Positions 37,723-54,175 of a stretch of 64,000 nucleotides of DNA are shown one piece after another. Position 1 is the first letter of the stretch. Each line of letters starts with the position of its first letter. Location of the stretch: assembly GCF_009914755.1 (NCBI RefSeq), contig NC_060940.1, one strand, 5' to 3'. This stretch comes from the human T2T-CHM13v2.0 reference genome, Homo sapiens. A model generated the notes under the pieces. The model ran no database searches. It was not told the origin of the DNA and worked only from the letters and a program-made list of their open reading frames with translations. The translations under genes and the position numbers were made by a program.

Positions 37723-37999
37723 GTGGGCATGGGCAGGCACAGGTGTGGTGGGAAGAGTGTGCCCAGCGTTAGGTGTCAGGGGAGCTCAGGAAGATTGAGG
37801 CAGTCAGGGAGGACTTCCTGATGGAGGAGCCTGGTCCTTTGAAATGTGGGGTGGGGACCTCGCCCCACATTCAGTCTGGTTCGGGGGTGGGGCCCCCAGC
37901 CCCCCTCACATTGGGGGTGTGTTCCCCTCCTCCTTTTGGAGCCCAGCCCCAGGTTGCAGGAACAGTGAGCAGCGAGACCACAGGGCTGGAAGCCCACGG

Positions 38000-38440
38000 G
38001 GTAATTAATTTTGACTTACAGGAGCTGTCTTAAATTGGATAGAAACTGGCGAAAATAGGATTAAGAGGGAAGCTGAGCCAAGAGCAAACAGAAGGAAAAC
38101 TCCCCGAGAGCCGGGCGCCTGGCGGGGCTCTCGGAGCCGCTGAGCGGGAAGAGGCACAGGACATTGCTGGGCGATCGCGTCATGTCCGAAGGCGGCCTCC
38201 CCGTGCCACCCCACGGGAGCGGCGGCCGCGCTGGCTGGGAAGATGGGAACGCGGCACTCTGCCCTCCCTGCAGCTGGCTTATCTGCGCTGAGCTCACTCG
38301 ATTCTGAGGATTAATTTGGAAACAATTAAAATTCTGTGCAAAACAAGCAGTGGGCTGGGCCGGCCAGCAGGCTGGCACGCACGGAGCCCTTTCATCACCA
38401 GCGCAGAAATCTAATTAGTGTGGGATTAAGCCGGCCACAA
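38000..38440. promoter_or_regulatory. Candidate developmental enhancer (K50 and Q50 homeodomain, SOX, GATA)
   Basis: GGATTA at 38058, 38308 and 38423; TAATTA 38002; CTAATTAG 38411; AACAAT 38321; CTTATCT 38278. Confidence 0.6.
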
Positions 38441-39030
38441 ACCAGCGAGCCGGGAAGGCTCCGGCAAGGGCAGATGAAGCCCCGGGGCGAGGAGCGCCGT
38501 ACAGCACGGGTGTCCGGCCGGCAGCAGCCCCGGCCCTGGCCCTGCGCTGGCGTCTCGGCTGAGTCGAGCCGGAAGGCCACCCCCACAGGCGCTGTCCTGA
38601 CCCCCCGCCGTCCGGTCACCCCCAGCCCACGGGCCCTTTCCCGTCCACGTGCTAGGAAATGGCAAACCCATCAGAGCCCTGAGGGAAGGCAGCGGAGGGC
38701 GCAGGCGCCTGCAGGCCTCGCGCACGGGGACCCCACTTCGCAGCTGGGCTTTGCGGCTCCTAAATATGCCTGGGACCTGTCCCGTTGACTTTCTCTTTCG
38801 AAGTGCCTTTGAGTGTCTGGCAGCCGTGACTTTCTATCGGGCCGCCTCTCTGGCCGGCTTCCTGCTGCAATGATCGCTGAAGCCTCTCCCCAAGCTCTAC
38901 AGGCGTGGTCTGTTGGGGTCAGATGCATGAGGCATGTGGCTGATAGCGCGGGGTGCGTGTGGCTGTTTTGCTGGTGTCTGGAGGCGCTGGGTTTGGCCGG
39001 GACACGGTCGAGAACTCCCCGTCGGGCCCT
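38100..39030. promoter_or_regulatory. Orphan CpG island
   Basis: Dense CpGs in non-repetitive sequence ~33 kb downstream of SOX8. Confidence 0.7.
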
Positions 39031-42000
39031 CAGGTAGCAGAGGTGACAGCCCTGTGGGTTCGCCTGTTGGCCAGATATGTGAGGACCACTGGCTGCAGTG
39101 GAGCTGACTCCACGCCTTGTAAGCTACCCCTTCTGGGTTCTGCAGGGCACAGCCAGAGGGGGGGCAGGGCAGCTGTCTGCAGAAGGTCCCTCCAGGCCAC
39201 CTCTGGGGCAGTAGCTGGCTTCCCCGTGTCCCAGGAGCCAGCAGACCCCTCCCAGAAAAACGCATTCCCGCAGCCCCTCTCCACCTGCAGGACCCGTTCT
39301 GGCTGTGCCCTCGGGCCCCAGAATAACAAACCCTTTGGGTGCTACCGGGCACAAGGACGATTCTCTGGGGGCATCTGCAGCTCCCTGGCAGCTCTGTGCG
39401 GTCCTGGTGCACAGGGAGGGGTGTGAGTGCGTGTTGCTCTCAGGGCGGGTGGGAGGGGAGGACCAGGCAGGCTCAGGGGCCTGAGGGCAGCAGCCCTGGG
39501 GGGGCCTTTTGTAGCACGAGGGTGGAGGGAGGGCAGGCGGTGGGGAGGCTCACCCCACCCATGGCAGGGGGAAAGCCTCAGGGGGAGACCAGACTTCTCA
39601 CCTCCCTTCTGTCACCTCCGGTCACCCCACAAAGCCAGTGGGCACCAGGGCCTGCGGACGTCCTGGGGACAGGACTGGGGGTGGCAGATGCTACCTGAGC
39701 TAATGAGTTTGACCTCTGGCCCTGGCTCCAGCCTGATGAGGGGTCACCCTAGGAGGGGTTTTTGATCGGCTCCGTGCGAACGTCCATTATTCCTTGGCTG
39801 TTTGAAGCCAGACACGGCCCAGCTGGGTAGGGGCAGGGGGCAACCCCGTCCCAGCTCACGCCAGGGGCTGATAGATAAGCAAGGCCGCAGCCCACTCCCA
39901 GCAGGCAGGCGGGGCGCTGGGAAGCATGGCGTCCACCCCTGCGGATGCTGCCCCCAAGTCGGGAGGGGGACCCAGGTGGAGGCGGGAGCCGGCCTCAGGG
40001 AGGAGAAGTGATTCGCCCGAGTCACACGGCGGACAGGGGCTGTGCCTGCACCCGCCTCCCCTGGCCTTGCCCCCATGGCCTGTGTCCCCACACCCAGGAA
40101 GAAAACCCGGGCTATGCTGTCGAGACCCCCTGGAGACCCCCCTCTCACCCCTGAGCCCGGGAGCTGGGAGTTCCCGGAATTTGCTTCCAAGGCGTCTGTT
40201 CCCAAGGCCCACGGGGAACTCGGGAGCAAAGGCCTGCAGCCCTCACCCCGCCGTGACCCTTGCCGGGGGTTTCGAGGTATCTGAGCAAACTTCTGCTTCT
40301 GCAAATTCCCCGGCAAAGGAGGGACGTGGGGGTTTCCTAGCTGGAATGATGCGCTCGGCTGCGGAGGTGGCCCTGCTTGCGTGGTGGGGCTGCTGTGGAG
40401 GGTGCGGCAGGGGTGCAGGGCCGTGGTCCGGGTGGAGTAGGGCCTGCCTTGGGCTGGCGGCAGTGCTTGCACACAGAGGGAGGACGAGGAGAGCCGAGGA
40501 CGGGCCACAGGAGGACTCTGGGGTCCACCTGCCTTTGAGCCGTCCCCACTCTGGCCAGCGGCCCGGCCCTTCCTGGCCCAGGTCCTGGTATTGGGCTCAT
40601 AGTGGCTTCCACCCCTTGGCTGGGTCCTGGACCCCGTCAGCAGCTTGTTCACCCCAGGTCTCCGTCCTTCCCTAGGGAGCGGGAGTCTTCACACGTCCCC
40701 TGGGGGTCTGGCACCTCAAGTATAAGCACCCCCTGCGATCGGCCCCTCCCACACCCCAGCGCGGGCCCAGCTGCTCCTGCACCCCCTGGCGCCTGTTCCT
40801 GTCCCCTCCCCAGCTGAGGTGGGGACCTGTACTTGTACAGAGCCCCTGGGCACGTGTGGCCGGACCGTGAGGGCTGCAGGCTCGGAGTCCAGCTGTCAGG
40901 GACCCCGGCGAAGCAAAAGCTGGTTTTTCTTTTCTGAGGAGCTGGCCAGGGCTGGCTGACCAGGGGAGGAAGGCCTGAGTGCTGCTCTGTGGGACCTGCA
41001 GCTGGGGGCCGTCTGGTCCTCTCACCGGGGAGGCAGCCAGGTGGGGCCCCTCCTGGGGGCTGGATGAAGGAGCCGATCCCACTTCCTGATTTGCCTGGAA
41101 AACACCCTTGGAATCCTCTTGGCCAGCAGCCGAGCTACCTCTGCAAGAGCTTCCTTCCGCTTCCAGCGTGATGGGCCCACCCAGTCCACCCAGGCATACA
41201 GGCGGAATCCCTGGGGCAACGCCTGGTGCCCCTGAGAAGCTGCGTCTCCCTGTCGGAGTGTCCAGACAGAGCTGGGACCGGCTGACGACCCGGGTGCCTG
41301 AGGCCAGGACACGCTGGTTCCTGCTTCCTGGGGAAAGACAGCGTGACTGGGGGAGCCCCACCTGAGGGAGTCTGGGTCTGACGGGTGCCTCAGGGGTCCC
41401 CTGTCTGCACTCAGCCCGGGCCCTGCAGCAGGGGGTGGAGGCCTTTGACGGGGCGCACCGGCTGCCAAGTCTCACGTAGGCATGGAGGCTCAGGTTCGGG
41501 TCGCCTCCTGGGCCTGGTGGGTGAGCCGCGTGGAGAGTCTTGGGTCCCGGTCCAAGCACGGGCAGAGGGCTGGGTGCGGTGGGGCTGCCGGGGGCTGCAC
41601 GCTGAGCGGCACCAGCTGAGGCTTGGTGGGGAGTGACGAAGAGCAGGCCACGCCCTCCCCCCCGTGCCTCAGTTTCCTGGTCCCCACGGAGTCCTTCCCG
41701 TCGCAATGCAGGGAAGTCCCCCTGAACTGAGTCCATTCCCGACACAGGGGCCAGGAGCGGGGGTGGTTGGAACCCGCCTCCAAGCTGGTGTCCTCGGCAG
41801 ACCCCTTCCCGCTCCTCCGAGTCCCAGCACCTACGTCTGTGAAGTGGGCAGAGTAGAAACCACTACTCGGGCCTCGCGGAGCAGAGTGGGGGCACTGGGT
41901 GGGGCGGGGGGCACGGGGCGGGCCGGGCCTAGGGAGGGGTCAGGGCGCCGCACCAGTGATGTTACGAATATTAATTAGCAGGCAAAGAAGACCTGGCTGG

Positions 42001-43385
42001 GAAAACCCTGGGTCCAAGTCCCAGCCCCACGATACCGGGCTGGGGAGACCCTGGGGCAGCGTCCAGGCCTCTGTGCCTCAGTTTCCCGTCTGTGAAAGGC
42101 AGGGGAAGCGTCAGGGCCAGGGCAGGAGAAAGGATCTTCGACATCAAATCGGCTCCCCTGGTCCCTCAGGTCACAGCAAGATGCCGCAGCTTCCAGTAAG
42201 AAAGGCCTTTGCTGGTTGGAGTTACGGCCCCTCCAGAGAAGTCGGGGTTGGGGCTCCTGGCACCCATGTGGCTGGTGTGGGCTTTTGCTCTGAGGTCTGC
42301 TGGACAGGTTTAGGAGGCGGTCGGATGCATGTTTAGGCTGACGCTGCCAGGCACGTTCTCCGCCCACGTCTATCTCCAGAGCACAATCTCCCCGCGTCCC
42401 AGGGTCCTGGCTCCTTCTCCTCTTCCGGGTGGCGTCCCCTTGGTTGGGTGGCCCTTGAGGGAGGCAGCCTCGGAGGAAGGTGCGTCTGGGACCCAGCTGG
42501 GGTGGTCAGAAATCTCCAAGTCCCTGGAGCTAATCCTAGTCTCAGGATCTAAGTCCTCCCGGCTCCAAAGCGTAGGTTCCTCTAACCATGAGCAGAGGCT
42601 GAAAAGAGCACCTGACTTTCCCAAGCCTGGCTGTCCGGCCAGTCCACTCTGGCCATGGGAGCAGGAGGAGGGCCCTCGGGGTTCAGGCCCTCCAGGCACC
42701 CCATGCATGACAAACCGTCACACTTGTGAAGTCGGAGTGGGGAAGCCCCCTCCCTGCCCTTTCAGGCGGGGTGACCCTGAATAATGGTCTGTTCCTCCAT
42801 GCCTCAGTTTCCTTGTCTGTAAAGGAGGCGACATCTACAATCTAAAAGGACTGTGGGAATGTCAGCACAGTCAGCTCCTGCCCCGGGCTGGCCCCCACCA
42901 GCAGCCGCACACGTTGTTGGGGGTCGGGGACGTGGTAATTCCTCAAGGCCTTCATGTTCTGGGGGTCCGGCTGCGGGCTCAGAGGAGGCAATGCATGGCT
43001 GCCAGCCATTGTCGGTGGAGACGTGGCTCTGGCCTGACTCCCACCGCTGCCCCTTCTTTGCTCCCTGGCAGGGCCCCGGGAGAGGAGCGGGCACCACCCG
43101 ATAGGTGACATTGTCCCGTCACAGGTGGGGCTCAGCTGACAGTGGCTCCCAGGCCTGGACGCCTGATATCCCTGAGAAGGTTGCCTTTGCCCTGTCGTCA
43201 CCATGGAGATGGCCACTGCTCAGCACAGAAGGCACTCAGGGAGGGGACAGCAAGGGCAGATGGGGCCGGCCAAGGACGCAGCCAGTCCCCACGCCGGGCC
43301 CTGCACCACGGCAGCTAGCGCGGCCGGTGCTTATGCCACCCCAGAAGATCCGGAATGTTTCCTCCCATGCTTCCCCAAAAACTTA

Positions 43386-45368
<1,983 letters not shown>

Positions 45369-45722
45369 TATCATGCAGCCATAAAAGGGAAAGACGTACA
45401 GACACCCCACAGATGAGTCCCGGAAACACGGCGCACGATGACACGAGCCAGACACAAAAGGACGCACATTGTGACTCCATTTACACGACAGGTGCAGAGA
45501 AGGAAAGTCCGGAGACAGAACGGAGCCCATTGGTTGGCGGGGGCTGGGGAGGGGTGGGAGTGCCTGGTGGTTTGGGGGGACTCCCTTTGCGCTGATAAAA
45601 ATGTTCTGAAAGCGACAGTGAAGACGTTCGCACAGCCCTGCGAATACGGCAAAGGCCCCTCGAGCTGCGTGCTTCCGTGGCTGGGTGGCGTGCTGTGTGA
45701 ATCACATCTCAGTAGAGCTGTT
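45369..45722 (+). mobile_element. GC-shifted L1MB-like 3' UTR
   Basis: gcagccataaaaggg...agccagacacaaaaggac...tccatttac...gctgataaaaatgttctgaa...tgtgaatcacatctcagtagagctgtt. Confidence 0.8.
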
Positions 45723-45724
45723 AG

Positions 45725-45930
45725 GTAAAGAATGTAAGCATCTCATTCATTATTTTTATATTGACTGCACGCTGCCACGATAATATTGTGGATAAACTGG
45801 GTGAAGTGAAATATTAGCATGAATTTGAATTTCACGTCTTCTATTTCACCTTCTTCGCTGTGGACACCAGAACGTTCGCAGTTGCACATGTAGCTCGGAT
45901 TCGTGGCTGGAGTTCTGTTGCTGGAGCTGC
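45725..45930. mobile_element. MER33/MER3-like hAT-Charlie fragment
   Basis: aatgtaagcatctcattcattatttttatattga...gataatattgtggata...aatttcac...acatgtagctcg. Confidence 0.65.
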
Positions 45931-46209
45931 TCCAGGCCCTGACAGCGCTCAGGCGGTGTGGGGAGCTCCCCTGTTGCCGTGGTGACAGGCCCCAGCCCCG
46001 CAGGCTGCCAGCAACCCATAGGCTGGAGTCTGTCTGCAAGGCAGTGGTAAGGGGGTCCTGCCCGGCGGGCCAAGGACACAGCCGGTCCCCACGCCAGGTC
46101 CCCCGCGCCGCGGCAGCTAACGGGGCCGGTTCAGCCCTCATGCAGCAGTGGGGGCGTCTTCTGTTCTGCTTGCCAGGTGGGCATGGCTGGGTGCTGCTGT
46201 GTGCCAGGG

Positions 46210-46602
46210 TCCTCACCCCAGTGTGCCTTGTGGGACGTGAGCGTGTTCGGAAGCGGGGCCTTGGCAGGTGTAATTGGCAGCATTAAGGTTATGTTGGCTG
46301 AGAGTGGGCGTGGATCCAGTGAGTGGGTCCTTAGGAGAAAAGGAGGTGACACAGGTCCAGGGAGGCCGAGCACAGATGGAGGCAGAGACTGGAGCGAGGT
46401 GGCCACCACCAGGACCGCCCAGGACAGCGGCAGCCGCCAGAAACCAGGAGAGGCAGGAGGACACCCAAGGATCCCCACAGGACCCACAGAGCGGCCGACA
46501 CTGTGGCTTTGACTTCCAGTCTCTGGAGCTGCGAGAGCAGGGATTTGTGTGGTTTGAGGCCGCCCAGCGTGCGGTCATTTGCCACAGCAGCCCTAAGAAA
46601 GG
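46210..46602 (+). mobile_element. MaLR solo LTR (MLT1-like)
   Basis: cctcaccccag...gcaggtgtaatt...ggaggcagagactggagcga...gacttccagtctctggagctgcgagag...tttgccacagcagccctaagaaa. Confidence 0.8.
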
Positions 46603-49011
46603 AATGCGCCTCTGCCTGGAGATGCTGCCTGGGCAGGGCTGGAACAACCTCTCAGGCCACGTGCCGCCCTCAGTCCAGACCGCTGGAGCTCACTAATCCC
46701 GAACCATGTGGCACGGCTCTCTGCACCCGCATACCCTGAATAACTCACCGGCCTGGGGACCTGCCACAGTCTTGTCTCCTACCTGACCATGGAGGTTCTG
46801 GGAGGCCCAGAGACCTGCCCAAAGACCCCGTGGGGGAGACGGGGCTGGGGGCTGAGCTGGATGAACCCTCACACACACTGAGAATCCTCGGCAGGGAGAT
46901 CACAGAAAGTCTCCCTTTGTTCACATTCTGGGAACGCGTTACAGTGAACACGGATGCAAATTTATTTCTGAGATCAACGCCTGCCTCAGGGAACAGTTGT
47001 TCCCGTGCTATTTTTTACCCCCGTGGGCTGCGAGTTCTGGAACGTTCCAAACGACAGTGACAACGGTGACGGTGGTGGGGGCAGGGAGGGTGGCGTCCTT
47101 CCGTCCCTAAGCGCACGCGGGCCGGGCGCTGCTGACCACATCACCGTAGTGAATGACTTCTTTCTCACGGCGGCTGGCGTCCTATTGGCTATTAAATATA
47201 ATCATTACAATAATTATTAAATATAAGAATGTCATATTGTATTATATTCTTTTACGGATGGGCAAGGTGAGGACCTTGGGCCAGGCCCTTCCTGAAGGCC
47301 AGAGACCCCGGCATGCCCTCGGGGGAGGAGGGAGGTGGGGCCGGTTGGTCTGGGGCCCCGCTGGCCGGAGCAGGCCCGGCCACTGGACACGGAGCGGCAG
47401 AGGCAGGCGTGGTGCAGCCGAGGGTCCCAGGGGGTCCTGTGGGCCCCACCTCCCACAGGAGCAGCAGGTGCCTCCTTCCCACGGTGGAAATGATGGAGGA
47501 TTCCCATGGATGAAAGGAGAAAAAGGACAAGATCCTTCTGTGGCTGCTTGAGTCCTGTTGGGAGTTTGGTTTCTCTGTGCTGATGTTTCCCTTTTCGTGA
47601 AGTCCCATCCCCAGCCCGGCTCATGTGAAGGGAGCTGCTGTGATCGGGGTCTGTGCTTGGCCGTCAGCTCCTCAGGGCACACGCCCACACGCATGGTGAC
47701 TCAGCGCGGCTGTCTGAGGAGCCCTACACGGGTCCCACAGCGGGTGAACATTTCCCCGGAGCCGTGTACCCCAACACTGGCTGGGGACCTCCACCCCCAC
47801 GCCCCACACTCTCCTGCTTGGATGGAAGCTCTGGCCCCTCCAGGATACCTCACTGAGCTCCTTTCTCCCAGCAACCATGGAGCAAGAGCAGGAGGGTCTG
47901 GGGGCCCCTGAGAGACTGCCGGACACCATGTCCAAGACCCTGCCCTGGGACCAGCTCATATGAGGCGAGGCTGAGAAGCCGGTGTGGCTGACGGGAGCGG
48001 GCGCTGGGACTGAGTCTCGGGGACCTGGGGACACCTTGCTGCCATCCTGCTCCTGCATGGCACCTGGGACCTGCCGGAAGGCTCAGCTTCCTGACCGCAG
48101 GGCGGGGACGTGGACTGTGCCCATGGGGCGGCCGAGGAGGACGGAGGGGAACCCGCCCTGACCTCAGTGTTGCCGGCCCTGCTCTCACCATTTCCTCACG
48201 TTCCCGTCGGGGCGGGCGGCTGGTTTGCAGAGCCTCCCACCTGGGAGGGGCGGCCCCTCGACTGTCTGCCCGACGGAAAACAGATGGCCCCTCTTCCTGC
48301 AGAGCCTGGGACCGGGGTCCTGGGATGCTCTGTGCGGGTGTGGGGGGCCGGGGCCACGTTCCAACATGCACCGCTGCTTCCCCTCAGCCCAGCGCCGTGC
48401 AGCCCCGGGAGGACGTCTGCAGACACTGCCGCCTGCCAGACACTGCCCCTGCCCCTGCCCCAGCCCATCCGGACGGGCCTCTGGAGGCCTTGGCCCCCTT
48501 CCCCAGAGTGGAGCCCCCAGCCCCACCCATCCTCTTGCTCACCACTGGGAGGGTGGACGTGGCTGTTTCCGGTCACCAGGGAGGCTGACTCCGGACTCTG
48601 GTTCACTGTCCAAAGACTCTCCTGGCCGTCCCCTCTGGGGCCTGCAGCTGCTTCCCCAACCCCCCGGCGCTGAGCACGGCTGCTGGGGTCCCAGGGCTCA
48701 CCCCACTCCGCCTGCTCCCTTCCGCGGGCACTGCTCAATTCTCAAGCCCCGACTGGGGGCTCCCTGCTGCCGGGCTGCACGGGGAGTGAGGCTGCGGGGC
48801 TGCGGGAGTCCTGCCCACTCTCCCCCTACCCCGAGCTTGGCAGCCCACTACCTGCCACGTGCATCAACTCCAGTCCAGCCTTGGGGCCCCGGGGCCACCA
48901 CCTCCCTCCAGCCTGTGCACCCAGGCCCAGTAGACGCTGCCTGTTCTCCAGACGTTGCCCACGGTAGGCTGGCTTGAGGCCTCAGCGCGCCAACTCTCCC
49001 AGGGTGCTGTG

Positions 49012-49163
49012 CTGAGCCCCCAACATCCACATCCACACAGAACCTTAGAACACAGCCTAGTGCAGAGGTGGGGTATTCGCAGATGTAATCAAGGCAGGGG
49101 CGCGCACGCAGGGTTCAGGGTGGCCCCAACTCCAAGGACTTGTCTCTATAAGAAGTGGAGAGA
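49012..49163 (+). mobile_element. MLT1 LTR 5' fragment, followed by an Alu
   Basis: ccccaacatccacatcc...gcagatgtaatcaagg...cagggtggccccaactccaa...ctataagaag. Confidence 0.6.
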
Positions 49164-49893
<730 letters not shown>

Positions 49894-51299
49894 TCAGGGC
49901 TGCTGCCGGCTCTGGCGGGCGTCTCTCGCCACAGACCCCGCCCCCGCCGTGTCAGTGTGGCCTCCCTGGAGGCCTGTCCTTGAGCGGAGCCAGCTCCCGG
50001 CCTGAGCACCCCGCCATGAGGCCCCCTGACAGCCCGCTCCCTGGCGGCCGCTGCGCCTCCTGTTTAAATTGCCACCTGGTCGGGTTCCCACTGCCTCCTC
50101 CGCCCCCCCGTGGCTCCCCTCCGGCTTGGCAAGGCGGGCGCCCTCCTGGTTCTGGGCTCTCTTTCCAGTGGGTGTGGGCCGGCTGGAAAATGACCTCAGA
50201 GGGCGGGGTGGCTAACGGGCCTGGGGAGCTCAGGGGGCTCCGGGGCGTGGGTTCCCACACCATGGGCTTGCTCTCTGAGCTCTGTGCCTGGCACCCTCAG
50301 GGATCCATGTTGTGGGGGCACCCGAGGGCCTGGCGCATCACAAGGCCCCAGCATCGCCACTGCCCGATGCTGCTTGCGCCTGGCTCTGCTGCCCGGCGTG
50401 TGTTGTGGACCTGTCTGGAGGGCATGAGCCGGGGCTGGCAGTGGGCTCTGTTCCCCCAACCTGGACCCGAGAGCTGGCCGGAGGGGGCCTGGGGCTGCCC
50501 ACCATGCAGGCCACACTGGCAGGACTCAGCCAGGACCTGGGTGTGGGGGCTTGGCTTTCGCCACCGGGGCTCGGCTTTCCCCGCCGGGGCTCAGCGAGGG
50601 TGTCTGTGGTCCCTTAGGCCAGATGGACAGTGGGCTCAGAGGCTGCGATCCCACTGCAGGGTGGGAGACAGTGGCTTCCCGTTAACAGGATAACAATATT
50701 GGTAACAGTGGCCTCTGAGTCAGGGACCTGCCAGGCAACTGCTCCTCCCCAAGGCGTGTAGACCAAGGGAAGCTGGGGGGCCCCTGATGGGGGCTCAGAG
50801 GAGGGGTGAGGCCTCCATCCACCATGGCCATCGGAGGGCGAGACTGGTCACCTGGCAGAGTCTGGGACACTGTTCCTTGTCAGGTGGGAGCCAGGGCTGG
50901 AGCCCTGATGCTGCTGAGACAACTTCAGGGGATCCCTGTCTCCCCCACCCCAGTCTCCCGAAGAGCCCACCTCCCTGGAGACTGCCCAGGGCTCAGCAGG
51001 GCAGGGAGGGGAGTTGCCATCTTGGGCACCGGCCAGGTGCTGGACTCAGGGGGAGCTTCCAGGCTCTGCCTCTGCCGGTTACTGCCTCTACCATACAGAT
51101 GGGGAAACTGAAGCTCAGGGAGGTCAGGTGCCCAGCCTCAGCTACCCAATGCAGCGCTCGGTGGGCAGTGTGGGGCTGACCACCCGCCCTGGATTGCAGG
51201 CACAGCGGCCCCCACACCGGCTGCCGGGGCTGCACAGGCTCTGGTGGGCTTTAGGGTGGCAAACATGCCCAGGTTGGGGCCTACACCCCCCAGGTTGAG

Positions 51300-51582
51300 G
51301 GAGTGGCTCCCTGGGGTGGCTGCCACCCATCCCGGCGTTTCTGGGCTTGTGGACGTGTCGCCCCAGCCCTGCCGGTCTTCACGCGGCCTTCTCTGTGTCT
51401 GCATCTTTCCCACCGCTGTCTCTTACAAGGTCACCCTGTGAGGATTTGGGGCCCACCCAATCCAGTGTGGTTTCATCTAGTTATCTTTAATGTACCCACA
51501 TCGGCAAAGACCCTTTCCCCAAACAACGCTACCTTCACAGTTTCTGGATGACGTACCTTTTGGGGGCCACCCTTCAGCCCAG
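51300..51582 (-). mobile_element. MLT1 LTR fragment
   Basis: ggcttgtggac...tcttcacgcggccttctctgtgtct...tcttacaagg...ggatttggggcccacccaatccag...caaagaccctttccccaaa. Confidence 0.75.
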
Positions 51583-51949
51583 GGCCACCGGGCACACAGG
51601 CAGGGCCCAGGGATGACCTCTAGCTGACGGAAACTGGAGTCCACCCTGACTTTCCAGATGGACTGGACTGCTGCCCATCATCCTCAGCATCAGGGGATGG
51701 AGGTGGCTGCCCCAAACTCCAAATCCTTGCCAGGAAGAGGCCAGAGCCAGCATTTCGCTTACATGGGATGTGCCCTGTAGAACCACCCCCCAGGTCCAAG
51801 GGCAGAGCCAGGGTGATTCCCCCGGGACCAGTCCAGTGACGGCCAAGGACTGGCTCACTCCCAGGCTGGGGATTCCGCCCCAGACAACCCCACATCCCAG
51901 GGAAAGGAGCTGAAGTCTTGCCCTCCCAGACACCATGCCCTGTTAACTG

Positions 51950-54175
51950 TTTATCCACCCACCCATCCATCCACTCATCTATCCACCAGTCCATCAATCC
52001 ATCCATCCATCCATCCATCCATCATCCATCCATCAATCCATCCACCAGTCCATCAATTTATCCATCCATCCACCTATCCACCCATCCACCTATGCATCCA
52101 TCCACCCATCAATCCATCCATCCATCCGTCCACTAGTCCATCCATCCTTCCATCCTCCCATCCATCCATCCATCAATCCATCCATCCATCATCCATCCAT
52201 CATCCATCCATCCACTAGTCCATCCATCTATCCATCCATCTACTCATCCATCCATCAATCCATCCACTCATCCAGCCACCAGTCCATTCATCCACCTATC
52301 CACCCATCCACCTATCCATCCATCCACCTGTCCATCTATCCATCCATCATCCATCCATCCATCCATCCACTCACCCACCAGTCCATCCATCCATCATCCA
52401 TCCACCATCCATCCATCCACTAGTCCATCCATCTATCATCCATCCACTCATCCATCCATCAATTCATCCATCCATCATCCATCCATCCACTAGTCCATCC
52501 ATCTATCCATCCATCCACTCATCCATCCACCAGTCCATCCATCCATCATCCATCCACCATCCATCAATCCATCCATCCATCCACCATCCATCCATCCACC
52601 CATCCACCCACCAATCCATACATCTATCCATCCATCCACTCATCCATCCACCAGTCCATCCATCCATCCATCCAACCATCCATCCATCCATCCATCCATC
52701 ATCGATCCATCATCCATCCATCCACCATCGATCCATCATCCATCCATCCACTCATCCTTCCACCAGTCCATCAATCCATCCATCCATCAATCCATCCATC
52801 CATCATCCATCCATCAATCCATCCACCAGTCCATGCATCTATCCATCCATCCACCAACCCATCCATCCAACCATCCATCCATCCATCCATCCATCAACCC
52901 ATCCATCCATCATCCATCCATCCATCATCCATCCATCCATCCATCCATCAATTCACCTATCCATCCACCCACCTATCCATCCATCCATCCATCATCCATC
53001 CATCCACCAGTCCATCAATCCATCCATCCATCCATCCACCCATCCATCCAACAGTCCATGCATCCATGCATCCATCCATCCAACAGTCCATGCATCCATG
53101 CATCCATCCATCCATCCATCCATCCACCAGTCCATCCATCCATATCCATCCACCTATCCATCCACCCACCTATCCATCCATCCACCATCCATCCATCCAC
53201 CAGTCCACCCATCTATCCATCCATCCATCCATCCACCTATCCATCATCCATCTATCCATCCATCCATCAGTCCATCCATCCATCTATCCATCTATCCATC
53301 CATTAATCCATCCACCAGTCTATCCATCTATCCATCCATCCACCCACCCAGCTATCCATACATCCACCCAACCATCCATCCATCCACCTATTCATCCATT
53401 CATCCATCCACCAGTACATCCACTCATCCATCCATCCATCCATCCATCCATCCATCCATCCATCCATCCACCTATCCATCCATTAATCCATCCACGAGTC
53501 CATCCATCTATCCATCCATCCATCCACCCATCCATCCATCTATCCATCCATCCACCCAGTCATCCACCTATCCATCCATTCATCCATCCACCAGTCCATC
53601 CATCCATCCATCCATCCATCTGTCGGTTCATCTTTCTATCTATTTGACCATCCATCCATCCATCCATCCATCCATCCATCCATCCATCCACCAGTCCATC
53701 CCTCCACCCAGCAGTCTATCCATCCATCCACCCATCGATCCATCTATTCATCCATCCACCAGTCCATTCATCCATCCATCCATCCATCCATCCATCCATC
53801 CATTCATCCATCCATCCATGTACTCATCCATCCACCTGTCCATCCATCTATCCATCCAGCCAGCCAGCCAGCCAGCCACTCATCCAACCATCCATCCATT
53901 CATCCACCCACCAGCCCATCCATCTATCCATCCATCCATCCATCCATCTGTTGGTTCATCTTTCTATCTATTTGACCATCCATCCATTCATCCACCCATC
54001 CATCCACGCATCCATCTATCCACCCACCAGTCCATCCATCCGTCCTTCCATCTATCTATTGGTCCACCTATCTATCTATTCAACCATCCATCCACCCATC
54101 CATCCATCCATCCATCCATCCATCCATCCATCCATCCATCCCTCTGTCCATTTGTCCATCTGTCCATCCCTCCAC
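51950..54175. repeat. ~2.2-kb (CCAT)n / (TGGA)n array
   Basis: Continuous degenerate CCAT with recurring ccaccagtccat and ctat interruptions. Confidence 0.98.

Noticed and set aside
46900-47260. AT-rich patch as an enhancer or old L1 fragment
   Set aside because: Could be either; similarity to remembered consensus sequences is too weak to call.
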